Translations under genes and position numbers: made by a program
Assembly: GCA_963675755.2 (NCBI GenBank)
Contig: CAXXMD010000003.1
Coordinates: 608,001-672,000, forward strand
DNA length: 64,000 nt
Source of the DNA: a bacterium
GTDB taxonomy: Bacteria > Zhuqueibacterota > Zhuqueibacteria > Residuimicrobiales > Krinioviventaceae
Direction: 5' to 3'
In this document: one piece after another, positions 10,710-20,729 of the stretch
How the letters are laid out: every line of letters begins with the position of its first letter
How positions within the stretch are numbered: the stretch's first letter is position 1
Notes under the pieces: generated by a model
The model's input: the letters and a program-made list of their open reading frames with translations, nothing else
Told to the model about the DNA's origin: nothing
Database searches by the model: none

Positions 10710-12059
10710 TTAGACGCTTTCCGGTACTTTGTATTTTTCCCGGTAATCAAACTTTAGCAAAGCATTTGCCTCCGGATCATTGATAAAGCACTCTTTTGAC
10801 GAATCATAATACAATTTCCTGTTACCAACCCGGTAAGAAATATTGCTCATATGGCCGACATTCATGCTATTGTTGAAAATTTCTATATCTCCGGCAGGAC
10901 GTTTCCGACTCTTGATACATTCTAAAAAGTTTTGGCGATGGGCATCATCGGGCACTCTGCCATACATCTTTTCTACTACCCTGCCGCCTGAGGTCATGGT
11001 CAGCCAGCCACCGCCCATACGACCAACGATCATCAGTTCCTTTGTTCCGTAAAACTCGATACGTGTTGAATTTTGCGTCCAGTACGGGAACTTGTCATTG
11101 CGCCTGATAGTTGACGTGCTTTTTTGCATGTAACGAGTATTGCTGGCCAGATCCAGGCTCATGATAAAATCATCAAACTCGTATGTGGTTACCTGGGTAT
11201 CTGGAGTTTGAGAATCGTCACCTTTGTAATGAAATTTACCACCGGCGGTAACAACGGACAATGGTACCGGTTCACCCAAAATGTTCAAGGCTATATCGAG
11301 TTGATGAACGGCGTCATCCAGGTTACCAGCTGAGAAATCCCAAAAAGCGATCCAGGCGTACTGATCGAGAATTGAGGGATAGAATGGCCTCGCCGGAGCA
11401 CCGCCGAGCCAGCGATCCCAGTCCAGGTAATCGGGCACAGGTGCTGGATTGCCAAGATAGAAGGGATTGCCATTTTGATTAAACGACAGCTTTGGCTGCA
11501 TTCCAAACACTTTAACCCGATGGATGTCGCCTAATTTACCTCCCTGAACATATTCTTTTGCCGCATGCACATAAGGTGCACTGCGGTTCTGGGCGCCAAC
11601 TTGAATAATCCGGTTATATTTATTTGCAGCCTCAATCATAAGCCGACCTTCCCGAATTGTCAACGATGACGGTTTTTCAAGATAGACATCTTTTCCTGCC
11701 TGCACGGACCGAATTGTTGGCAGGGCGTGCCAGTGGTTCGGAGTAGCAACAATTACCGCGTCTACATCTTTATCGTCTAGTGCTTTTTGAAAGTCTTTAA
11801 CCTGTCGTGGCGCGCTACCTTGTAATTCTGTGATCAGCGATGCCATTTCTCCCATTCTATTGTTATTGACATCGCATACATAGCTAATATGTGCGCCATC
11901 ATCAATAAATCCTCTTACCAGCAATCCTCCGCGGCCACCGCATCCAATCAGAGCAAGGTTAACACGATCATTCGCACCGAGCACCTTTTGAGAAATGCCA
12001 ACCGTACTCATAGCTGCAGCACTGTTCATAACCGTTTTAATAAAATGTCTTCTTTTCAT
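10710..12059 (-). CDS. Tat-exported Gfo/Idh/MocA oxidoreductase
   Basis: MKRRHFIK Tat motif; IGCGGRG, ATPNHWH, LEKP, LDWDRWLG, VHQLD. Confidence 0.9.
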   Translation of the reverse strand: MKRRHFIKTVMNSAAAMSTVGISQKVLGANDRVNLALIGCGGRGGLLVRGFIDDGAHISYVCDVNNNRMGEMASLITELQGSAPRQVKDFQKALDDKDVDAVIVATPNHWHALPTIRSVQAGKDVYLEKPSSLTIREGRLMIEAANKYNRIIQVGAQNRSAPYVHAAKEYVQGGKLGDIHRVKVFGMQPKLSFNQNGNPFYLGNPAPVPDYLDWDRWLGGAPARPFYPSILDQYAWIAFWDFSAGNLDDAVHQLDIALNILGEPVPLSVVTAGGKFHYKGDDSQTPDTQVTTYEFDDFIMSLDLASNTRYMQKSTSTIRRNDKFPYWTQNSTRIEFYGTKELMIVGRMGGGWLTMTSGGRVVEKMYGRVPDDAHRQNFLECIKSRKRPAGDIEIFNNSMNVGHMSNISYRVGNRKLYYDSSKECFINDPEANALLKFDYREKYKVPESV

Positions 12060-12187
12060 ATTTTCTCCAAAACATACACATTGTAATAATCAGACACATT
12101 CATTATTGTCTTTCATATTATAGATATCACATTAAGCTCTGGATTTATTCGTATTAAAAAATTATCATCATCAATTCACATTACCAG

Positions 12188-13063
12188 TTATTTACCATCC
12201 CAACCAGCTAAACGGGCCCACATCCACCAGGCAGCATATGCTTTCAAGTTGGCATTCAAGGGTTCCGAATGGGGCGAATCACATTGGTACCAGTCTTTGT
12301 CCAATATGTGAGAATCCTGCCACTCTTTTGCCCAGTTACCTCCGTTATATGAACAATCATCATTTACATTTTTATCACCAAAATAATTACCATCAGGATC
12401 ATAACTTTCTATATCATTATAATCATAAAGGACCTTTTCATTTTTAATACAATGATCCCGTATTATTTGATTGTTCTCTACCAGTGTACCATCCAAACCG
12501 GTACTGTCGGTATGCCCTGTCATATATACAAAAACAATGTTTTTATAATCTGATTCCAGGCTGGTCATCTCATTAATGTATTTATTCTGAACATCCTCAC
12601 TGCTATACCAGGATAACTGTCCACACCACGACCACATAATTACATTAATTTCAGGATGATTACTGCCAGTACCCTTATCGTTTGGGTATCCTAAAAACTC
12701 GCGCGTTTCATTTACCCACTTGGGATAGTATCCGGCATCATGATCAAGATCTCCATCTCCATAGGCATCTCCTTTATGCAAATGCAGTGCTCCCTCTACT
12801 GCTGTGGTATCCCATTTAAATAAATCTTTTTCATAACCTTTTGAATTCATAAAACCAACTAATCCCGTCATACCGTGCAATATTTGACTTCCATGAGATG
12901 TATATCCAAATCCGATATGAAGATTGGTTTTTGCATTAGCAATAAAGGAATGTGGAACTTTATAAATATTTGTACAATTATGATCTATAATAATTGGCTG
13001 GGCAATCAAAGAAATAGTTGATAATAACAGAATCAAAACAAGTTGAAAATATTTTTTTTTCAT
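12188..13063 (-). CDS. Secreted conserved hypothetical protein, possibly SGNH-like hydrolase
   Basis: Signal peptide; GYTSHGSQ, MWSWCGQ, VYMTGH, DIESYDPDG and HSEPLN motifs. The fold assignment is inference. Confidence 0.55.
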   Translation of the reverse strand: MKKKYFQLVLILLLSTISLIAQPIIIDHNCTNIYKVPHSFIANAKTNLHIGFGYTSHGSQILHGMTGLVGFMNSKGYEKDLFKWDTTAVEGALHLHKGDAYGDGDLDHDAGYYPKWVNETREFLGYPNDKGTGSNHPEINVIMWSWCGQLSWYSSEDVQNKYINEMTSLESDYKNIVFVYMTGHTDSTGLDGTLVENNQIIRDHCIKNEKVLYDYNDIESYDPDGNYFGDKNVNDDCSYNGGNWAKEWQDSHILDKDWYQCDSPHSEPLNANLKAYAAWWMWARLAGWDGK

Positions 13064-13147
13064 ATAAAAGTCCTTCTACAATAGGTAATAAATAATAATA
13101 AATTAAAAATGATGTGTTATACAATTTACCTTCTCTTTACTAATTTT

Positions 13148-13188
13148 AGAACGACAGGTCGTCATCTTGGGTAACAACCTGCCGCTCT
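13148..13188 (-). terminator. Stem-loop after 13246..15894, related in sequence to the 6714-6758 terminator
   Basis: Minus strand GAGCGGCAGGTTGTTA-loop-TGACGACCTGTCGTTC, with G-U pairs. Confidence 0.6.
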
Positions 13189-13245
13189 TTTGGGTAATTG
13201 GTAGGTTAGGTTAAATTTTTCCTTACCTGTTTTGGCAATATGATA

Positions 13246-15894
13246 CTATTTCAACAATAGCATCTTTCGGTTTTGTATAAAGTTTTTAGATTTTATCTGG
13301 CAGAAATAAACTCCACCAGCTACTGATTGGCCGTTATAATTTTTACCATCCCACGTCACGTTATGCTGACCGGCAGGCATTGATTGATCTATCAGGGTAA
13401 CCACTTTTTGGCCCATGGCATTAAATATGGTCAGGTTTACATTTCCGGCTTTTGCAAGAGAATACGTGATTTGTGTGGTCGGATTGAAAGGATTAGGATA
13501 GTTGTTGTAGAGCTCATACTTGATTGGGGATGACACTATGTCTTTAACATCAGAAACACCTGCTGAAATTTCAAAATTGGTTACGGAAATGATGCCCCAA
13601 TCACCAGTCCCTGAGTATGTGGCACCATAATCAATCATTACACCAACATTATCAATAACATCACAGGGATTGCGGAATCCGTAATCAACGGCTAATATAT
13701 CTGGTTCTTGATCATTCTTTGTGACAATCACGGAATAGGTCTGGGACTGCACATCTATGGACATTTCCACTGAAAATTGATCACCTTGTTCAAAGGTAAT
13801 GGCATTTTCCGCCATGTAGGTGCTACCATTGCGTGCTGTGAGTATATAGTCTTTAGTAAACTTGAGTACAGGTCCCGGATCACTCCAATCCACTGAAGCG
13901 CTGTCACTGAAAACGAACATCCAAACAATACCTTTTGCACCTATACTATCAACAGAAAGATCAAAGGTGGCAATCATGGCTTCATCTTGCTCGGCAATGG
14001 CTACATTTTGCCAAACATTGGCTGGCATTGCCTCAGCTTTTGTCTCTAAATTGTTAATAACAATATTAGCCGGATCACCGCACCATTCCGATTCAGCATC
14101 CTGGTATACCCACAAGTTATCGATAATAGGAGCAGGATTGCGAAATTTATAGTTTGTTGCCAATGCGATAGTATCACCGGTACCATTGAAAAGTTCGATA
14201 TTGTAGGTTTGTGTAAACACATTGACAAATATCGTAACGCCAAACTCATCGCCCTCGGCATAAGTAACCGTCGTATCTGCCGAATAGGCACTGCCATTAC
14301 GTGCTGTGATGGTATAATCACTATTAAGTTTAAAAATGGGTCCAACATCGCCCCACTCGGAAGCGGTACTGTCGCTAAAGCCAAGACACCATACCGCACC
14401 TTTAGAATCTCCGAGCGATTCGATCATCAAGTCAAAGGTACATTCCAAAGCATTAGCATAAGGACCAACAGCAATATCAGCAAAGTCATCTAGCTCAAGT
14501 TCGCTAACTGTAATAATAGCAGGATCGCCGCCCCATTCGGATTCAGCATCCATGTATGTCCACATAGTATTGGCTACGATGTTGGCATTACGAAATTTAT
14601 AATCCGTTGCCAAGGCGACAGGACCTTCGCCCTTGTCTATAATCACCGTATAGGTTTGGGCAACTAAATTCATTATCATTTGCACATCAAGCAAATCACC
14701 TGTTGCATAGGTCATACTAACATCCGATGAATATGAATTGCCGTTTCGAGCTGAAATGGTAAAATCGTTATTTAATTTAAAAATGGGGCCTACATCGGCC
14801 CAGGATTGTGCCAGGGTATCACAGAAACCTGCACACCAAACAGTACCTGAAGAACCAAGTGAGTCAATGGAAATTTTGAATTTGGCCTCAAACTGTCCCT
14901 TCACTTCAGCCAGGGCAGGTAAATCGCTAAAGGGGACATTTAGAAAATCATGAATTTCCAGATTCTCTACAACGATATTCGCGGCTGTACCGCTCCAATC
15001 ATAACCATCTACATCAATGTATGTCGCCAAATTTCTGATCGTTTGCACAAAATTTCTAAATTTATAGTCTGTAGCCAATGGAAAACGGCCATCGCCTTTA
15101 TCCAAAATTACGGTATAAGATTGCGCTGGAATATTGACTTTCATATCTACTTTAATGGTGTCACCTGAGGTATAGGTCACTGTCGTATCGGCCATGTAGG
15201 TACCGGCATAGCGTGCCGTAATTGTAAAATCATTATTCAATTTGAGGACTGGTCCCACATCTAACCAACTTTTGGCGCCGCTATCAGCAAAAGTAAGCGC
15301 CCAGACAACGCCCATATCGTCCAGCTCGGGAATAACCAATGAACAATTCATCTGGAACATTCCACAAGCCGCATCATAATACAAATCACCCATAGCAATG
15401 TCAGCAAAGGGATCATGGGTCATATTAGTAACGTACACATCAGCGCTATTGGTTTGCAAAACTGAATTCAGCGTATCGGTAGCCACTTGAAAAGCATAAT
15501 CATTGGCAACAGTAACTCTGCCGTCACCTGTTGTCACGTATACATCATAGGTATTTGTTATTAAATTCGCGGTCATCTGAACATCAAGGATATCACCAGC
15601 GGCAACAATCACTGTATTGTCCGCGCTATAGGCTGATCCATTCAAGGCTTTTAAAGAACCATCTTCACCAAGCTTGAATGAACAACAGAGTTCCGCCTCT
15701 TTGGTTGCAAGTGTGTCATTGCAAAGTCCCACGACATATTCATTGCCAGCATTATTCACAGTCAGCGCAAAATGAACATCGACAAAACCCATATGACTTG
15801 GGAATGTTTCGCCTACCAACTGAGCACTGGCAACACCTCCAAGTATCATGATACCTAAAGCAATAAACAACATGACATACAAGTTCTTCTTCAT
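13246..15894 (-). CDS. Secreted protein of five tandem ~150-aa beta-sandwich (lectin-like) repeats plus CTD
   Basis: Five copies of KL..D.TI.ARNG..Y.AD ... QTY.V ... A.DY.FRN; signal peptide; NYPNPFNP CTD; start placed at ATG 15894 after AGGAG. Confidence 0.75.
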   Translation of the reverse strand: MKKNLYVMLFIALGIMILGGVASAQLVGETFPSHMGFVDVHFALTVNNAGNEYVVGLCNDTLATKEAELCCSFKLGEDGSLKALNGSAYSADNTVIVAAGDILDVQMTANLITNTYDVYVTTGDGRVTVANDYAFQVATDTLNSVLQTNSADVYVTNMTHDPFADIAMGDLYYDAACGMFQMNCSLVIPELDDMGVVWALTFADSGAKSWLDVGPVLKLNNDFTITARYAGTYMADTTVTYTSGDTIKVDMKVNIPAQSYTVILDKGDGRFPLATDYKFRNFVQTIRNLATYIDVDGYDWSGTAANIVVENLEIHDFLNVPFSDLPALAEVKGQFEAKFKISIDSLGSSGTVWCAGFCDTLAQSWADVGPIFKLNNDFTISARNGNSYSSDVSMTYATGDLLDVQMIMNLVAQTYTVIIDKGEGPVALATDYKFRNANIVANTMWTYMDAESEWGGDPAIITVSELELDDFADIAVGPYANALECTFDLMIESLGDSKGAVWCLGFSDSTASEWGDVGPIFKLNSDYTITARNGSAYSADTTVTYAEGDEFGVTIFVNVFTQTYNIELFNGTGDTIALATNYKFRNPAPIIDNLWVYQDAESEWCGDPANIVINNLETKAEAMPANVWQNVAIAEQDEAMIATFDLSVDSIGAKGIVWMFVFSDSASVDWSDPGPVLKFTKDYILTARNGSTYMAENAITFEQGDQFSVEMSIDVQSQTYSVIVTKNDQEPDILAVDYGFRNPCDVIDNVGVMIDYGATYSGTGDWGIISVTNFEISAGVSDVKDIVSSPIKYELYNNYPNPFNPTTQITYSLAKAGNVNLTIFNAMGQKVVTLIDQSMPAGQHNVTWDGKNYNGQSVAGGVYFCQIKSKNFIQNRKMLLLK

Positions 15895-16139
15895 TTTGCA
15901 AACTCCTTTTGAATAATTAGTTAACATCTTTAAAGAATTGATACATGAACTTAATCCATTTTACATGTTTTTCATTTGCATTTTTCTATTATCTCAAAAA
16001 TACTATTATATTCCCATAGACCGTCGTTAGAGAAGGCAACTATTTTAATAATAGCATCTTTTGATTTTGAAAAATCTTGTTGGATTTCATCTTTTAGCAA
16101 TTAACACCATTAGTTTCCTCACATAAGAATTTATTACTA

Positions 16140-17498
16140 CTATTCTTTATTAAAATTCAGAACATTCTTATGTATATTCTTTTCTCCTTGTACTGTATCA
16201 GCGACAATATTTTTCAAAAACACATTTTCAACAGGCAGTTCTTTCTGACCAGATATTTTTGATATGAATTTCACATCCTTTACCTTAATATCATCCAGAT
16301 AAATGTCCTTTATAGCCGTCAATCTTGTTTCAAAAGTTGGAACCAAATCACGCCATTGATATAATACATCCGTATCAATACCTAAAACTCCCTCATCAAT
16401 CTTTCCGGCTTTAATATGGCTGACATGAATATTTTTAACATAGCCGCCACGGCGTTCATTTGTTTTTATGAAAAGAAGATGATTCAGCTTTGCATTATCA
16501 ACAACCTCACAGCTGTCTATATAAATATTTTCTACTCCACCAGACAGTTCACTTCCAATCGCCAATAACTGGTGTCCGTTTTTTACAATACAATTTTTAA
16601 TTACAAGGTTTTTAGTTGGGGTATCCAAACGCCAGGCATCCTGATTTCTACCAGATTTTACAGCAATTGCATCATCACCCTGGTCAAAAACACAATTTTC
16701 AATAAGCATATTTTGAGACATCTCGGGATCAACGCCATCATTATTATGTCCATGGGCAAAGACCTTTACATTTCGAATAACAACATGCTTACTTAGAAAT
16801 GGATGAATTGTCCAGAAAGGACTGTTGGTAATTGATATACCCTCGAGCAAGACATGCTGGCATCTGTTAAATTGTATAAAATGAGGACGCATATTGGAAG
16901 CGTCGTTAACCATTACTCTCTCTTCAACCGGAGTGTCTTTTGCAGCCATAAGGTACAGACGTTTCAAACCTTCCATATGAGCAGGAGGACGTTCAAACCA
17001 TTTTGTCCACGTATTCATTATTGCTTTAATTTCACCCTCACCGGATATCGCAATATTCTTACATTGATAAGCGTAAATCAGTGGTGAATAATTATAGCAT
17101 TCCATTCCTTCCCAGGTGGAAGGAACTGCTGGCAAATAATCTGCTGGTTCATCTGAAAAAAGAAGGACAGCTCCTTTATTTAAATAAAGATTCACATTGC
17201 TTTTTAAATGAATTTTTCCTGTTATCCATTCTCCATCAGGAATAATTACAATCCCGCCACCAGCTTTATTTGCTTCACCAATAGCCTTTTCAATCGCCAA
17301 AGTTGTTTTTTCTTTGTTACCCGGCGCGGCGCCAAATTCAGTAATTGGAAATTGAGGGCAATCAGTAAAATCAGGTATCTGAATACCGGGCATTGCAAAA
17401 GGGGTACTCACATCAATTTCTTGAAGCTTAACAGACGGATTATTTTGATGACATGAAGTGAGCGTAATTAATAAAATTAAAAAAAATGAATATTTCAT
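16140..17498 (-). CDS. GH28 polygalacturonase-family glycoside hydrolase (lipoprotein)
   Basis: LTSC lipobox; NNDG, GDD, GH and FIKT motifs; HLKSNVNL. Confidence 0.92.
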   Translation of the reverse strand: MKYSFFLILLITLTSCHQNNPSVKLQEIDVSTPFAMPGIQIPDFTDCPQFPITEFGAAPGNKEKTTLAIEKAIGEANKAGGGIVIIPDGEWITGKIHLKSNVNLYLNKGAVLLFSDEPADYLPAVPSTWEGMECYNYSPLIYAYQCKNIAISGEGEIKAIMNTWTKWFERPPAHMEGLKRLYLMAAKDTPVEERVMVNDASNMRPHFIQFNRCQHVLLEGISITNSPFWTIHPFLSKHVVIRNVKVFAHGHNNDGVDPEMSQNMLIENCVFDQGDDAIAVKSGRNQDAWRLDTPTKNLVIKNCIVKNGHQLLAIGSELSGGVENIYIDSCEVVDNAKLNHLLFIKTNERRGGYVKNIHVSHIKAGKIDEGVLGIDTDVLYQWRDLVPTFETRLTAIKDIYLDDIKVKDVKFISKISGQKELPVENVFLKNIVADTVQGEKNIHKNVLNFNKE

Positions 17499-17521
17499 AT
17501 TTACCTTATCAATTTGTTGTT

Positions 17522-18481
17522 TTAATAAAGTTCTCTGTTCTGAAAAATTAACCAGTCAATACAAAGATCTGTCCAACTCTTCCAATAACCCTGATCTATT
17601 GCCAGTGAATAACCATGCGTTCCCCCTTGATAAAGATGCATTTCTGCAGGAACACCCTTGTCCTTTAATGCACTATAAAATACCAGGCTATTTTCGACAG
17701 GAGCCGCAGGATCATCACCAGAATGAACGATAAAAGTCGGAGGAGTATCTTTTGTAACATGTAACTCATTGGAATAGTATTCAAGCAAAGTAGAATCAGG
17801 ATTTTCCCCAAGTAATCTATTTGATGATCCCGGGTGCATAAAAGGTTTTGTAAAAGTTACTACCGGGTATAATAAAATCATAAAATCAGGTCTGGAACTC
17901 ATGGTCTCTATAGGATCATTGGCCTTTTCATCACCATCATCAAAGTGGGTACCAGCTGTCGAAGCAAGATGTCCACCAGCGGAAAAACCCATAATTCCAA
18001 TTTTATCACCGTTAATATTCCACTCATATGCGTGGTATCGGGTTAATCGTATTGCTCGTTGAGCATCAAGTAGTGGTGATTTATGATTTGTAATATTGCT
18101 TTTTGATATAGGTAAACGGTACTTTAGTATTATAGCGGCAATTCCTTTGGAATTGAACCACTTTGCTACATCTGTACCTTCCAAATCATAAGCCAGGAAC
18201 CTGTATCCACCACCAGGACAGATTATAACTGCCTGGCCAGTAGCAATACGCTTAGAAGGAAGATAGACTGCAATATTCGGTTTTTGAACAAAACTGACTT
18301 TGACAATATCAGTAGAATCGCTTTTTTCAACTTGATTCGTTTTCTTGTAATTGGGGATGTTGTCAGGCCACAAGTCTAAAATATAATTTTGGCTTAAACA
18401 TATAGTGTTAAACATAAAAATGTAAATAATAAAAAATAAATGATTTTGCATAATTCTAACCACTAATCTTGTACAAAACAA
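17522..18481 (-). CDS. Alpha/beta-hydrolase carbohydrate esterase (BD-FAE-like)
   Basis: CPGGGY, GFSAGG, SSRPDF, TPPTFIVH..DDP, HGY triad motifs; true start may lie slightly downstream. Confidence 0.85.
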   Translation of the reverse strand: MFCTRLVVRIMQNHLFFIIYIFMFNTICLSQNYILDLWPDNIPNYKKTNQVEKSDSTDIVKVSFVQKPNIAVYLPSKRIATGQAVIICPGGGYRFLAYDLEGTDVAKWFNSKGIAAIILKYRLPISKSNITNHKSPLLDAQRAIRLTRYHAYEWNINGDKIGIMGFSAGGHLASTAGTHFDDGDEKANDPIETMSSRPDFMILLYPVVTFTKPFMHPGSSNRLLGENPDSTLLEYYSNELHVTKDTPPTFIVHSGDDPAAPVENSLVFYSALKDKGVPAEMHLYQGGTHGYSLAIDQGYWKSWTDLCIDWLIFQNRELY

Positions 18482-18601
18482 TTTAACTGGCTTTTAATTT
18501 TATTGAAAGAGTTGGACAATTAATGACAAATTGAAAAAATAGATTTTAATAAATACTGACAAATCCTTGTTAATCATTAATTACCATTAGGAAAAGCGAT
18601 C

Positions 18602-18639
18602 AAAAAAAGAGGGATAATTTCGTGAAAGTATCCCTCTTT
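18602..18639 (-). terminator. Intrinsic terminator after 18686..20350
   Basis: AAAGAGGGATA...TATCCCTCTTT inverted repeat with a T-run on the minus strand. Confidence 0.75.
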
Positions 18640-18685
18640 CAAAAAATGATTATCTTATTTCAAATTACAAGTATTATCCTGGATA

Positions 18686-20350
18686 CTATTTCATCAATAT
18701 CATTTTTTTAACTTGTACTTTTGAATCAACTTCAAGGCGATAAAAGTAAATACCGCTTGGAACTATTTTTCCAAAGTCATTCATACTATTCCAAACGACT
18801 TGATGTGTACCTGCAGTATTCATTTCATTTACCAATGTTCTTACTTTTTGTCCTAAAGAATTATAAACAACCAGACTTGTGTTAGCTGGTTTGTCTATAG
18901 AATAATTAATGACAGTTTCAGGATTGAAAGGATTTGGATAGTTTTGTGCTAAACTAAATCCAGCAGGAACTGCTGTTTCGTTTGTTTCAACGCCTGTTAA
19001 ATAAGTTTCCCATTCAGCTTTCTTTTCGGGGAACCAGTTCAAATCGCCCAGGGGGAATCCACCAATACCTGCGGTATAAGATGTTGCGTCGGTATTGTAA
19101 GACATATCCAATTCAGATTTTTCCCGTAAATCAAAAGTTGCATCAAGACCGGTCCACCAGTCCCATCCCTGAAATGGAGTTTCACCAGCATAAGTAACAG
19201 GATCGGCATTGCCAAGCACACAATAGTCGGCAATTGCTTCAATTGCAAACATTGGAGTTGCAGGCGCATCTGTAAAAGTAACCTCTTCTTCAAAGTAGGC
19301 ATTTTCAGGATCAATAATAACCGATTCTGTGTTGTTAGTCATAGTCCAGCTTTTATCCAATCCTCTTGTAGACCATGCATTTAGAACCTCGGAGGTATAG
19401 CTGATGTTATTAGACTGCATATCAATTACAGTACCGGCTGAATCAACCATTTCGGCGCTTATAAGCCACGATCCTTTTGGTCCAAGCATAGAAATGGTAT
19501 CAACAAAGTCGGTAATATCATCTTCGTTTTGTGGAAAATCGGTATACTTGTCGGAAAAGAATTCATTAGGGCGCATTGTGCCATTTACATAAAGATTGTT
19601 CGTAAATTGTACATTTTCAATGCGGGAAAACATCGTGGTTGGACCATGGGCGCCGGTAATATTGTATATTGTGTTATGGTCAACAATGAGTGTTTGTTGC
19701 TGGTATACAGCTGCACGGTAATCACCCCAGCCATTGCTCAGGAATGGACCAAATGTACAAAACATGAATGTATTGTTTTGGATTTTGGCGTACTTTATAG
19801 CTTCATCCTGGTAATCAAAAGTTCCGCCCCAACCTCCTGCAACAGACAAATTGCCAGCCAAAAAGCAATTCTCAATGATGAGTGAATCTATAGTATTTCC
19901 AGGAACCACAAATCGAAATCTTGAAATTTCCAAACCATCCAGGTGCAGTTTTGCCTCACCAAGTTCACCTTGTCTGACACATCGGGTTGCATAAGGAGCA
20001 AGAGTACCTTGCTGACCATTACAAATGATATTTTTCAATGTGAGCGCTGCATCAGCCTGAAACATGTTGCCAGTATATTCACCTGCTGCATCAGCAGCGA
20101 ACACAACTCTTGCCTTAGTTGCGGCACCATCAGCGGTTTTAATGGTTAGAGGAACATTGTTAGCCACAGTAGTGGTAATAGGATAGATACCGCCATCTGC
20201 AAGAATAAGAACATCTCCAGCGCTGGCACTAGCCGCGGCATTATACAAAGCATCAACTGTTGCTGCCGGAACATTTACTTCGGCTGAAAACGCTGTGTTT
20301 GCAGTAAGCAAACAAAAGATTATAAATAAAACTGTAATTGTTTTTCTCAT
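18686..20350 (-). CDS. Secreted parallel beta-helix protein with CTD, encoded directly after the TBDT (candidate surface glycan-binding protein)
   Basis: Signal peptide; beta-helix-like rungs (IENCF, IQNNTF, VDHNTIYN, FTNNLYVN); GFPLGDLNWFP; NYPNPFNP CTD. Confidence 0.7.
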   Translation of the reverse strand: MRKTITVLFIIFCLLTANTAFSAEVNVPAATVDALYNAAASASAGDVLILADGGIYPITTTVANNVPLTIKTADGAATKARVVFAADAAGEYTGNMFQADAALTLKNIICNGQQGTLAPYATRCVRQGELGEAKLHLDGLEISRFRFVVPGNTIDSLIIENCFLAGNLSVAGGWGGTFDYQDEAIKYAKIQNNTFMFCTFGPFLSNGWGDYRAAVYQQQTLIVDHNTIYNITGAHGPTTMFSRIENVQFTNNLYVNGTMRPNEFFSDKYTDFPQNEDDITDFVDTISMLGPKGSWLISAEMVDSAGTVIDMQSNNISYTSEVLNAWSTRGLDKSWTMTNNTESVIIDPENAYFEEEVTFTDAPATPMFAIEAIADYCVLGNADPVTYAGETPFQGWDWWTGLDATFDLREKSELDMSYNTDATSYTAGIGGFPLGDLNWFPEKKAEWETYLTGVETNETAVPAGFSLAQNYPNPFNPETVINYSIDKPANTSLVVYNSLGQKVRTLVNEMNTAGTHQVVWNSMNDFGKIVPSGIYFYRLEVDSKVQVKKMILMK

Positions 20351-20729
20351 TATAAATCTCCCTTTTCCGAAAATCAATACTGAAATTTTTTAGTTATTTA
20401 AGTTTGTAAATTTAATCCAATTCAAAAATGATGACGTTACAAGCTTAACGAAACTATTAAACATCATCTACTCATACTTAATTTTTCCCTCCTTAAAAAA
20501 ACAAAGTATTTTCTTTTCAACTTGAATTTTACTCTTATATTCTATCACCTCCCTTTTGAACTTTAATTCCATTTTTAAATTAAATTTTATCATTATTTCT
20601 TTGGGCTTCAATTCGTCAAAACAATACTTGAAATTTTTGTCAATAAGCTCAAATTTATATAGCCAGGCAATATTCTGCCAATTGTCAATCAGTTTGCAAA
20701 TATCTCAAGCTGTGATAAGGATTCATCAT

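Noticed and set aside
10565-10750. 61-aa ORF between the oxidoreductase and GH3
   Set aside because: It overlaps the upstream gene end, has no RBS or recognisable motif, and is probably spurious.
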